Shown here piece after piece: positions 53,101 through 61,924 of a stretch of DNA of 64,000 nucleotides (position 1 is its first letter; each line of letters starts with the position of its first letter). Source of the stretch: Bispira polyomma (taxonomy: Eukaryota). The translations under genes and the position numbers were made by a program. Under the pieces are notes generated by a model. That model did not search any database and was not told the DNA's origin. It was given only the letters and a program-made list of their open reading frames with translations. The DNA lies in the NCBI GenBank assembly GCA_965649765.1, contig OZ287749.1:56234001-56298000 (forward strand), given 5' to 3'.

Positions 53101-53633
53101 GATATCTGGTATACTATATAGGAAGCTATAGATAACTGGTATACTAAATGGAAGGCTATAGATATCTGGTATACTATATAGGAAGCTATAGATATCTGGT
53201 AGACTAAATAGAAGGCTATAGATATCTGGTATATTATATATGAAGCTATAGATATCTGGTATACTAAAAAGAAGGCTATAGATATCTGGTATACTATATA
53301 GGAAGCAATAAATATCTGGTATACTATTGATATAAATCTATTATACTATTGGTATAAATTTGGCCATCACAATATCACTCATCCTGTTGAAAGCTGTGCA
53401 AGAACCCCAATCAACTCAAAATTCCAATTTAACTACAGCCCTACCTTGAACTTTTTGAAGCCCACTTCATCGGCGATAGTTCCAATACCTGACAGGGTAT
53501 TCTGCCTCTTCATCTGTTCTTTTCTCTTGTCTACCTTGTTCTGCACCGTATTCACACCTCCACTAGAATTGATCACTCCCTCCAGAGACTTGATGGCGGA
53601 GATGAGGGACTTGATCTCTTCTGATGTTGCCAT
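8797..53633 (-). CDS. Multi-exon gene: Cys-less (Pro-loop) pentameric ligand-gated ion channel subunit, ~453/454 aa, with two candidate alternative first coding exons
   Basis: Exons join in frame at canonical GT/AG sites. The product has pLGIC hallmarks: beta1-beta2 'VVFLKIGEIDT', 'RWREPRL', Pro-loop 'LELNQFPFDTQ', 'EQEW', pre-M1 'RRPGFFIWN', M2 'PNRLQLSFILLLTTVTFK', 'LPKISYLTYLDRY', four hydrophobic segments and a TAA stop at 8797-8799. Confidence 0.92.
9090..9523. mobile_element. Tc1/mariner-type MITE, paralog of 6312-6843, interrupted by a different SINE
   Basis: Colinear similarity to 6312-6843 including flanks; ends gtttcactg|ta. Confidence 0.75.
9217..9455 (-). mobile_element. Near full-length young tRNA-derived SINE
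   Basis: A box gccgagtggttag, B box gagttcgaatcc, (CAAATT)n tail, 13 bp TSD aactagctgttaa at 9204-9216 and 9456-9468. Confidence 0.9.
10027..10103 (-). CDS. pLGIC exon 8 (M4; (D)LIAFCILISLWVCFQVSFFVFVACM)
   Basis: tttcag acceptor, ATG|gttagt donor, 77 nt, phase 1/0; the split codon supplies the conserved Asp before M4. Confidence 0.87.
10511..10634 (-). CDS. pLGIC exon 7 (M3 and short acidic loop; DRYILISMLFLC...PNSIPEEA)
   Basis: ttgtag acceptor, CCG|gtaagt donor, 124 nt, phase 0/1. Confidence 0.9.
11159..11314 (-). CDS. pLGIC exon 6 (end of M1, M2, M2-M3 loop; LFICSLSFAIFAV...LPKISYLTYL, 52 aa)
   Basis: ttttag acceptor, TTG|gtaagt donor, 156 nt; M2 and LPxxSY motif. Confidence 0.94.
15495..15605 (-). 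CDS. pLGIC exon 5 (VTTKVFQNAKHKHPALSAACKASRRPGFFIWNVLFVM, 37 aa)
   Basis: tttcag acceptor, ATG|gtaagc donor, 111 nt; loop C, beta10, pre-M1 RR and the start of M1. Confidence 0.92.
16463..16541. repeat. Poly-C / poly-A / (AAAT)n simple repeat
   Basis: Direct reading of the sequence. Confidence 0.9.
17118..17705. mobile_element. ~590 bp non-autonomous TIR element (PIF/Harbinger-like)
   Basis: gctgtcacac near 17122 and gtgtgacagc at 17691-17700, TAA/TTA-type flanks, CpG-richer interior. Confidence 0.7.
17729..20926. repeat. Tandem segmental duplication, copy A (intron 4)
   Basis: Colinear near-identity with 20927-23790; duplicated spurious ORFs (17729/20927, 18620/21819, 19242/22860). Confidence 0.95.
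20531..20926. repeat. 65 bp minisatellite, 6 units, derived from the 3' end and splice donor of exon 4
   Basis: tgtataacc recurs at 20581, 20646, 20711, 20776, 20841 and 20906; the unit contains tttaccttagtccatgtctccacagtactgtgtagtt, as at 23745-23781. Confidence 0.95.
20927..23790. repeat. Tandem segmental duplication, copy B (ends inside exon 4)
   Basis: Matches copy A except for a TIR insertion (22348-22778) and absence of 19670-20123. Confidence 0.95.
22348..22778. mobile_element. 431 bp non-autonomous DNA transposon with ATAT TSD (Sola-like)
   Basis: Termini GGAGTGAgacTACTATT / AATAGTAaaaTCACTCC; atat at 22344-22347 and 22779-22782; empty site visible in copy A near 19145. Confidence 0.88.
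23750..23896 (-). CDS. pLGIC exon 4 (DLTVTVSSDH...FVDEQEWQLHSTVETWTK, 49 aa)
   Basis: ttgtag acceptor, AAG|gtaaac donor, 147 nt; continues FPFDTQ-DLTV and contains the conserved EW. Not in the ORF track; read manually. Confidence 0.92.
26558..26778 (-). mobile_element. tRNA-derived SINE, same family as 9217-9455, slightly 5' truncated
   Basis: Colinear similarity; 13 bp TSD tgcaaccgtaaca at 26545-26557 and 26779-26791. Confidence 0.9.
26795..27545 (-). mobile_element. L2/CR1-group LINE ORF2 C-terminal remnant
   Basis: 'LKLNPDKTEF', 'LGVTFDS', 'ICRSCYYHIRDI' and 'ALVSSSLDYCN' motifs with frameshifts. Confidence 0.85.
31189..31386 (-). CDS. pLGIC exon 3 (EPDDVDWTEYWN...LELNQFPFDTQ, 66 aa)
   Basis: aag acceptor after a pyrimidine tract, CAG|gtaaga donor, 198 nt; FPFD Pro-loop without cysteines. 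Confidence 0.93.
32340..32712 (+). mobile_element. Decayed Tc1-like transposase fragment
   Basis: 'RKSGR...SAQQ' and 'WKK..WTDETK' (first catalytic Asp motif), broken by frameshifts. Confidence 0.5.
33660..35480 (+). mobile_element. Decayed DIRS/Ngaro-type tyrosine-recombinase retrotransposon (RT plus YR remnants)
   Basis: RT motifs 'HRLILNL.YP', 'IAHAFRNL', 'WNYIGDL', 'LGLPINKNKLVPP'; YR motifs 'FAFFGFLRISNL' (~34570) and 'HGYWKSDAV' (~35365). Confidence 0.8.
34748..35252. mobile_element. PIF/Harbinger-like MITE nested in the YR remnant
   Basis: TIR cctggtcacacctacac / gtgtaggtgtgaccagg with TAA flanks; longer relative at 52055-52666. Confidence 0.85.
37122..37250 (-). CDS. pLGIC exon 2 (RTVYVRVVFLKIGEIDT...RWREPRLDNKKDT, 43 aa)
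   Basis: ttacag acceptor, gtaagt donor, 129 nt, phase 0/0; beta1-beta2 and WxDPRL-like motifs. Confidence 0.93.
40150..40380 (+). mobile_element. Degenerate SINE
   Basis: Core 'aagttggtagtagac..gct' and tail 'gatgttaaacccaaactaaac' shared with 44360-44545. Confidence 0.55.
43268..43453 (-). CDS. pLGIC candidate first coding exon 1A (MATSSDISTLTSAIKSLD...SDGIK, 62 aa)
   Basis: ATG at 43453; phase-0 donor AAG|gtgcag compatible with the exon at 37250; shares the AIKSL heptad motif with the other two N-terminal exons. Confidence 0.82.
44300..44655 (+). mobile_element. Degenerate SINE with a tandemly duplicated 3' part
   Basis: 44436-44546 is repeated at 44552-44654 (ccaacttttgtactctgatt...aaactaagctaataaaa). 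Confidence 0.6.
45777..46080. mobile_element. MITE with ~50 bp TIRs
   Basis: gcttccggatccgtcatccg..tgtccgttt is inverted as aaacggacatc..cggatgacggattcggaagc. Confidence 0.8.
47060..47285 (+). mobile_element. Degenerate tRNA-derived SINE (Meta/V-like core)
   Basis: B-box-like gggttctattcct, 'ccttgagcaaga' and 'tcggataa...taaa...ggtcc' core. Confidence 0.5.
48194..48360. other. Assembly gap (N run)
   Basis: 167 N bases. Confidence 1.
48736..49374. mobile_element. ~640 bp non-autonomous DNA transposon with CCCAG termini (CMC/EnSpm-like)
   Basis: TIR cccagtaccaccgg (48736-48749) / ccggtggtactggg (49361-49374); many internal (t)gacgt/tacgt motifs. Confidence 0.8.
52055..52666. mobile_element. 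PIF/Harbinger-like MITE, same family and orientation as 34748-35252
   Basis: Same TIRs, TAA/TTA flanks, colinear interior. Confidence 0.88.
53047..53327. repeat. 30 bp minisatellite (~9.5 units) with a 60 bp higher-order alternation
   Basis: gatatctggtatactatataggaagctata alternates with an ...ctaaa..gaaggctata variant. Confidence 0.95.
53445..53633 (-). CDS. pLGIC candidate first coding exon 1B (MATSEEIKSLISAIKSLE...GFKKFK, 63 aa)
   Basis: ATG at 53633 with an in-frame TAA upstream; acceptor ttttcag ends at 53659; phase-0 donor AAG|gtaggg; homologous to the exons at 43268 and 3230. Confidence 0.8.
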
Positions 53634-54628
53634 TGTTTTTTTTCTACCTCTTTAAGCTCTGAAAACAAATGTTACTGTTTTTACTTCTATGGCCTTGCAT
53701 TTTCTGTGGCTCACATCCAAATCATTAAACAAAATAATAGTCGGATAGGGGAAGATGTTCGTAATCAAAATTCAGTCATGACCAGGAGACAAACGTTAAG
53801 GAGGAAAAGCAAATGAATACTGAAACATTACCAATTCTAACACGATCAGTTGCCCAGGGACGCATGGTTCATCTGACTCCAAACAACAACAAAATGAAGT
53901 ACATACAAATGAAATATGTTGCATAGATAATCTTTAACATGAATCTGTGGTCCCTAAATATATTGTAAAAATGTATTGTGTTATCTCTAAAGTAATTAGT
54001 CATTCAGCTATTCAGATGTATACACACAAAAACTGTTTTAGTTTGAACAAATAAAAACAACAAAGTATTACTATAGACAGACAAAACAAATTCCAGAAGT
54101 TACCTTAACATGAATGAGTCCTCGCAAAATATCCTTTATTGAAAACTATATCTGGTCTAGTACCTTAACAAACGTGGATGACATTGTTGTTACATCTTAA
54201 CATATATCCCAGTATAATGTTATAACAAACACTTGTGTGACAGACAGAGTTTATTATTGGAAATACTTGTGACTTTTATGTTACATTTAGATTATGTCAC
54301 AAGGGAAATAATAATTGGGGTATAAATTATTGGGCAATCTCCAGTTATTGCCAAGATTTGAGTAGAGTATTCTAAACAAGGATTGGATATGGTTGGCACT
54401 GGTTCTAATTTAAGAGATACTTAAAGCTAGACTCATATGATGCTGCTTTGTGAATTGTTGAGCTTCACAGGCATTAAAAGTTGATTCATCCAAATAAAGA
54501 TTTACTTTTAATACTGCCAATATAAATAATTATTTATGAGTTGTGTCTGAAGAGGCAAAGATACCTTTATAAGTTAATGAATCATTGCTAGTTATTGTTG
54601 ACAATATTATCAAAAGCCCAGGGAAATA

Positions 54629-55404
54629 TATAACCTAAATATAAAGTGTTAGATATATATTTGGCATTATACTGAATATAGGTTATGTAAAGATAATCCA
54701 TCAAGCCACCAAAGGCTGTGTTATGATTATTGCCTCCTTAAGTCTCTCCCAGTGTCCTTGCCCTTCAGTGTGACCTTAGCATTATGGTAAACACGAAATA
54801 TGAACGAGCATGTTTGGGATATTAATTTTATTTCTATGTTAAAAGACTACACTTATTCACTAACTAGATGGGGGCCACCCGAGCTTAATAAGATTTAGAA
54901 AAAGGGAGCCTTGAATTGCTATGCAATTTAAGGCTACCATTAATTAAGTTATAGTTAGGGTAGCCAGATTTAAGTTTGACTAAGGCTACCTTAAGTTGAA
55001 ATAAATATAAGGTCAGCCTTAACTAATAAAACTTTTAAATCTTTTAAAATTTGTAAAGTTGTGATATATGAAATGTGTAAAATAAATTTCCCAAACCAAC
55101 ATCTGACTTCCTACATCTACTTCCCACTTCATTAAAATCTTAACGTTATTATCACCTTTACCCGGGACAGACAAATCTGACCCGGGAAAGACTTGAAGTG
55201 AATGATGGGTTAACGAAAGAGAGACTGTAACAGTCACTGCAAATGATATAACAAATGCATGACAATTCAGTGAAATGTATAACTTAAATATAAAGTGTTA
55301 GATATATATTTGGCATTATACTGAATATAGGTTATGTACAGATAATCCATCAAGCCACCAAAGGCTGTGTTATGATTATTGCCTCCTTAAGCCTCTCCCA
55401 GTGT
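54629..55404. repeat. ~127 bp direct repeat pair (54629-54755 and 55278-55404)
   Basis: Near-identical sequence ~650 bp apart. Confidence 0.9.
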
Positions 55405-55485
55405 TAATCAAATTTATAGTTTTTGACAGGAGTCAGTATATCACCTGTGTTTAATTGAATAAGTAACACAAGTGTTTAAAGCTCT

Positions 55486-55677
55486 ATTAGATCCTCTCTC
55501 ATACATGGATCACTATCAATAGAATTACAAACTGGATGAGAATTAGATCCTCCCTCATACCTAGATAACTATCAATACAGTTACAAACTGGATAATAATT
55601 AGATCCTCTCTTGTACCTGGATCACTATCAATACAGTTACACAATGGATGATAATTTGATCCTCACTCATACATGAA
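55486..55677. repeat. 56 bp tandem repeat, ~3.4 units
   Basis: attagatcctc recurs at 55486, 55542 and 55598, with a variant at 55654. Confidence 0.9.
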
Positions 55678-56200
55678 TCTGCTTCAAAATTGTAATGGAG
55701 TCTTTCAAGATCCATGCCATCCCCTGGCAAAATGTCAGATAAATCGGTTTAGTAGTTTTTTATGAATCCTAGTGACAAACAAACAAACCAACCAACAGAT
55801 AAAGGAAAAAACAGAATTTTCTGTGACCAATCCACTTACACGGATGGATACATAGTTTTCCCCGCCAAGGAGAGTATGTTCTTGCCCGTCACCTTGTTGG
55901 TTGGTTGGTTTGTTTGTTAGCCATGATTACACAAAAATACCGAACTCAGTTTAATCAAACTTTATGGAGGGATAGGGGAAGAAGAATATCTGGACTTCTG
56001 TTTTCCAAATATTTAATTTTTATAAACTGAATTTCAAAATTTGCCCAATGTAAGTGTTTACATTGTTTTTTACTAAAATGATTCTGCTATTTCAGAACAT
56101 TTACTTATTATCCAAACAAAATTTCATTTTCCAACATGTTAGGGGTAATGCAATAGGTTGTACTGTATTTCAATAGTACCACCAAGTCAAGTCCACTTAC

Positions 56201-56260
56201 CTGTATAGCCCAGCATCTTCTGTTTCTTTAGAAAATGCTTACTACAACATACTTTCTCAC
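56201..56260 (-). other. Possible non-coding 5' exon feeding exon 1B
   Basis: Consensus donor CAG|gtaagt at 56201/56200; exon 1B has an acceptor 25 nt before its ATG. The 5' boundary is unknown. Confidence 0.25.
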
Positions 56261-58662
56261 ATGGAATTTAATCCTAGCTATTTTAGCTAATGAGTTTGGA
56301 TAGTGATATAAGCTCTATTGATATTTGAACTAAAAAGTAGTCAATACAGAAAATTTATTTTAGTGAAATTTTCTCTCAAAAAGTGTAAATTAGTGAAATT
56401 TCCTTTTAGCTAAAAAAAACCCCAAACAATTCCACTTACACCATACTATATGATATCATATCTACCTTTTGTTTCATAAAATACTTCAAATGATATGAAA
56501 TACTAAATTTGCTTTCCACCTTATACACCTTTAGGCTGACTATTAAATCTGCTTTGTATATGATTTATTATAAACTCTGAGAATGCATAAGATATCTCTG
56601 CACAAACACATGGCAACCCCACAAAAGGTTAAGATTAAAGTATATTCCAGATACCTCAGCAATCACTTGACCCCACCCTCACACCATAGTATTGGGAGAA
56701 CTGTAATTGATAACATACATACCAATCAAGATTATTAACCAGTATTATAGACACCACAATTGGTGGTATCTCCTATATGGTTGTCTCTGTATCTGTATGG
56801 TTGTTATTATTCTTAAACACCTAGCATTGTTATACCTTACTTTTGTTGTGTTGTAGGCGTACACTATGACTAAATAAGAAATCTCCCCTTTTGGCCAGTC
56901 GGTCGTTTTCTTGTTCTGTGCCAAATGCAGATCAATGGCGTATTCACATTCTACTATGTAGAGACAAAAATTAAAATCCCAAGAAAAACGGCCAATCAAT
57001 TGCAATGTTATGTAAATTAAAGCTAGTTTTCCTTTCTTTGGTTGTTTAATTTTATTTTATGTATCCCTCTGTCAATGTTACTAACACAAATATAGCTGCC
57101 AATAGCTTCAGCTTTAAAGTGGTTAACCATTAAGAGTTTACCCTTTCTGTATCTGCTTTTATACTCTTTGTTAAAAACCCAAATCATTAAGTTTTACCCT
57201 TAATTTACTAATCACAAAACACCAGCCTATAGGATTATTGACAAGAGCATTAAGAAAACCCTCACATTAACTGTTAAAAACGATAAAATACATCGTTACT
57301 TGGTAAATAAACATATATAATTACCCCTGTTATCGACTTTCATCTCCCTTTTAAAGCAGAATAAGCAAATGGTTCTCTTCTAAGGAGGAAAGTTTTTTTG
57401 TGTCATTAAAGTTCTAGTCTTGAAATTGTAGCCTTGTTTTGTTTATCACAACGATTTCCGTTAAAAAGAATAATAAGCTCGTTTAATTATTACACAACAA
57501 GAAAAACAACAGTAGCAATTATGCCAGCATAACCTAAATTTAAAGTTTTTAAATGTAATGTATGAAAAATGAATTACATGTAAATAATAATCTGTCACAT
57601 GTTAAAGCCTTAAAATCTATACTCAACAGATAAGGGATCCAATACCAGTTTTGGTTTATTCCACCATTTAACCAGGCCAATTACTTGAAACTACTTTTCT
57701 AAATGGCTTTTCAATACTCACGATTGGTCCAAATGATTCATCACCCTGCAGTGTAAAATTTAACCGCAAGGATATTTGGCTTTTTATTTAAAACAAAATC
57801 TTCACTTTATGAAACAATGATGACAAATTTTTAGACCATATTGGAACATAACCAGCAACATAGTTTGATTAATACTTCTGTACAACTACTTCTGCCATTC
57901 AATATAGGCGTAATTTTTTAGGCATGATTTCAACTAGTGTCCCTATAATGTCTGTAGTGTAAGTTTGAATCTATTGGAATGTTTGTAATATTGCTCTACC
58001 ACTGTGGCCTAATGTTGTGTGATACACTCGCCTAGAAGTCTGGTTTTGATCCTAGTCGGCTACAAACAGGTACAAGCAGATACTTAATGGATCGAATAAT
58101 CACCAGAAAATGGCACTCCTTTGTCATTAGAGTCTTGTCCTTCAAATAGCAGGCTAAAGATCCTCTGGAACGTTGACCAATGGTCATCCCCAAGCCTCTC
58201 TCTTTGTATCTCATTCTTTCTGAGAAAGCTTCCCAACATCTTACTGGACATATCTGCCTCAGACATCAGAAGTAGTTAAATATATGTGAGCATTATGGCC
58301 AATTCTTTGGGATATTTGGGAGATGCAATGCCTTTTGATTCACAGACTGATCACAGGTAGAAGGCTTTACAACACACTTTGTAGTAATGTATGGTTTACA
58401 TTTGTCGTCATTTATCTCACAGGTACCTACCAGACGTGTGACATCCTTGGCTGACTAAATTTAGCAATGGAGTGTCTTCTCTCGTAGAAGTTTAACCAGG
58501 AGGAACAAATTCTTTTTCCAAAAGCCACCATTTTGTTAATTTCATTACTTCCTTAAATTCTTAGGGCAGTTACTTTGGTGATACCAAGTTGTGTACCTTT
58601 CTATCTATAAAAGTTAAAAAGTGAGGCTTTCAGTAATAGTACAGAAAATAATAGGCTGAGAT

Positions 58663-58770
58663 AGTATTCACAAAAGGGTTTAGCCATGACTTTGTCTTAG
58701 ATCTAGTATACTTTTGTGCTAGATTTAAGACAATGTCTACAAGTACTTAGCCCTTTAGTAAATACCACCC
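58663..58770. mobile_element. Degenerate copy of the hairpin MITE
   Basis: Shares the loop agtatacttttgtgctagatttaag with 7015-7121. Confidence 0.65.
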
Positions 58771-59260
58771 AGCACATGCAACCAAGAATTCTCATCTAAA
58801 TCTGGACTGATTGATCACACCAGAAAGACATGGTATTTGGAAGTCCTATATTTCTCATAGTGTAAGTGTTGTGTAAACAACACAGCTGAGTAGAAACAAA
58901 ACATTTGCTTTACTAAACCTTAAAGCATTCAAAAAATGGACAGAGTCTGGCTTTTGTCCAGTAGTGGCAAAAGATTGTCAAAACAAGTTAAAAATACAAT
59001 GAAACAACTCAATTTGTCTCCAGCTCAGCCATGTGGGTGAATACTGGGTCAGAAAGATGGAGTTTAAAATTGCTAGACTGAAGGTGGTCAGTATGAAGGT
59101 TGCAAGCAAAAGAGAAGTATCTCATTTTCCCCTCCCACCCATAATGTACCCAAATTATAGTTTATAAGAAGAAACAATTGTTATAGTGTTCTGTATGTTT
59201 GCATTGTGTGTCAATATGCTATGTACTAAAATGTATTCCTTTGCATTCCAAGATGATATT

Positions 59261-59487
59261 AGTGTAAGGGATCTAAAATTCGCCACTGTATCTAACATTG
59301 GCCAACTAGAAAATGTTGTCTTTTTGGTAGAATTGTGGGTCATATTTGCTGAAATCGAGTTTTTTGGTGACTATTTTGCCTTAGTTTCCCAAATTCCAGT
59401 TATATTTCGCTAGTTTTTATTGAATTAGCTTAAATGTAAGGGGTGGTGAATTTTAGATACAGTGGCCAATTTTAGATTCCTTACTCT
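59261..59487. mobile_element. ~227 bp MITE with ~35 bp TIRs
   Basis: gtaagggatctaaaattcgccactgtatctaa is inverted as ttagatacagtggccaattttagattccttac. Confidence 0.78.
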
Positions 59488-60056
59488 ATATGGAGATGGT
59501 GTTTGATATATGACAAAGCATTTACACTTGGGGCTTACAGCTTGGATCTCATCCTGTAACAGAAGGCTCTAGTAGCTGCTGGACTTAGCCTTGGCCTGTC
59601 CTGTAATGTTACTTACTAAAGTTGTGTGTGTGCTTAAAGCAGCTGCTTGCTTCTTTGTGTAGCGCTGGATATTTTGTTGGATATATAGAGGGCTGGATGA
59701 GTTTCTTGCTGGAATACATGTGCTGATAGCTTGTTGTGGGACTGACTTGGCTTACCATAGGAACACATTGCCATAGAAAGTTTATCACATTCATATTCTT
59801 TGTGTAGCATAGCTACACCTGGATAATTGGATGGGAAATGATGATAAGAAGGAACGGGAACTTCTTGTAAATAATTAACAGCACTAACTTTCAAAGTAAC
59901 AAGCTTAGCTGAATGTTTTAACCTGTGCCTTAGTGTCAATAAATTGCCCAAAAGTGTTATATGCTTTTGTATTGATTGTTCTACCATAATCATACATATA
60001 TAATATGTACAAGGTTAATATCACTTGAAGGTCATAAAATTAGTTAAAATACAATT

Positions 60057-60122
60057 GGGTATGAGCTTTGGACAACATGAGAACCATTTTTGGGGTATGA
60101 GCTTTGGACAACATGAGAACCA
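60057..60122. repeat. Short tandem duplication (30 bp x2)
   Basis: gggtatgagctttggacaacatgagaacca occurs twice. Confidence 0.9.
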
Positions 60123-61014
60123 AATTTTGGCTCGTAGACTGAGGTAGAGTGCTTGTTTGAAGAGCCAGTTTTGGCGAACATAAAAAGCTGCTATATGATA
60201 AATACCACATTGCTATTTTGAAATATGGCTAAAATAATAAACATAAAGGATTTTCCATTTGTTGGAGCAAAAGTACCAACTTAAAAATTTGTAAAGTAAA
60301 TGTTATAGTGAAATATTCTACTACATTTTATTGTATAATATTAGAAATGCACAACTTATATATGATAAGACCATAAATTAATAATGTCATTTTAAAAGCT
60401 TCTATTTATTGTAGATTTGGTGATTGTAGATAAAAGTCAAACCTTAATATACCATATACATGTATAAGTATAAATTATAGACTTTATAATCTTATGTAGA
60501 TTGATGAAAGTAACATTATATATTTCATATAGTCTATGAAATCTACATTAATATCAGATTGTGTGGCATATTATTGAAACAGAACCATTTGCTCAGCATA
60601 TTTTAAAAAACATGTGAGGTCCTTGTAGCAAACTGGGCATACTGGGATATTTCCAGGATTTTTCTAGGTGTTAAAAACAAACCAGCAGTTTACATAAAAA
60701 AGACAATCAAAGATGTTAGTACATGTCCCTCTCCACAGTAAAGATTGTATGAAAGTAAAAGAGTTAGGATAAATATTTTATTAATATCACTACTAAATAA
60801 TTTTGTATATCGTACAAATGTTTTAGTATATAATATGATATAAAATTATATGAAACAAAATATAAAATGAGGTAATTTAATTAAAGTTCTAGTCACATCA
60901 ATGTGCACAATGCACTCATACCATTCTTGACATTACTACCATTGTACAATATTACACTAAGCGGCTACTACTGCAGATATTACAACATTTAATAAATTTA
61001 TAGGTACACAGCCG

Positions 61015-61122
61015 GGGGTCGTATTCATGAAAGGGCTTAGCTAGGTCTTAGGCTTAAATCTAGCACAAAAGTATACTGATTTAAGCCTAAGACCTGGCTA
61101 AGTCCCTTCGTGAATACGGCGC
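61015..61122. mobile_element. Hairpin MITE, inverted copy of 7015-7121
   Basis: Same arms with the loop reverse-complemented. Confidence 0.85.
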
Positions 61123-61924
61123 CTGCTACGCAACAGCATGTACTGACTCCAAGCAACTGCATGTGCATACTGCATCCGAATTATATATAAATAGAGTGAC
61201 AATATATAACTTGTCATATGTATAATTGTGTAAAATGTTTACCCAATAATTCAAGTTTTTAGAAATAGTGCTAGTGAGACCAGTCAAACACTGGTGTAAT
61301 CCCTGTCATATTTATATATGTGTTTAAAACTTTACCTGTGGTATTTTGAGGAGGCTGGAGGCCATGGAAAAAAAAGAATTTAAAAATCTAGAAATTTTGG
61401 CCTATATTACTCCCTTCCAAACTCTAGTGGGCCAAACATTTGCTCAAAAATCGCCCTATCTCTTTCCGTTTCTAATATATGTATTTTTTTTTTTTTTAAT
61501 CCCTAAAATTGGGTCTTGTGACCTCAACTGTCAGTGATTTTACCTGAACGTCATAACATGTTTCCATTTTTTCTACATCAACCTCCATAGCATATTAAAT
61601 GATTTTAGCTCAAGTACATTTACTGTAAATGGCCACAGACTATGTTTGAAAACGTCACCATGGCAGCCATCTTGGTGTTTTTGTGAATAAGTTAAAAAAT
61701 TGTATCATGCATTGTATCAAACAGGATTAAGCCTCATACAAAAAATAATTATCAGACGTCAAACAGTTTTCAGCTATAATTAGACAAATGTTACACTATA
61801 CAATTGTACATAACCCGCCCCAGCCATTTAGTTGGGATAATAACAACAGCAACAAGATGGCTAATTATAATACATGTTCAGAAAATGTTTCATTCATTAG
61901 TACTTTATCTTCTTATCTTCTTCA

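Noticed and set aside
58084-58266. Possible third alternative first exon of the channel
   Set aside because: Lacks the AIKSL and G-x-G motifs and ends in a stop rather than a phase-0 donor.
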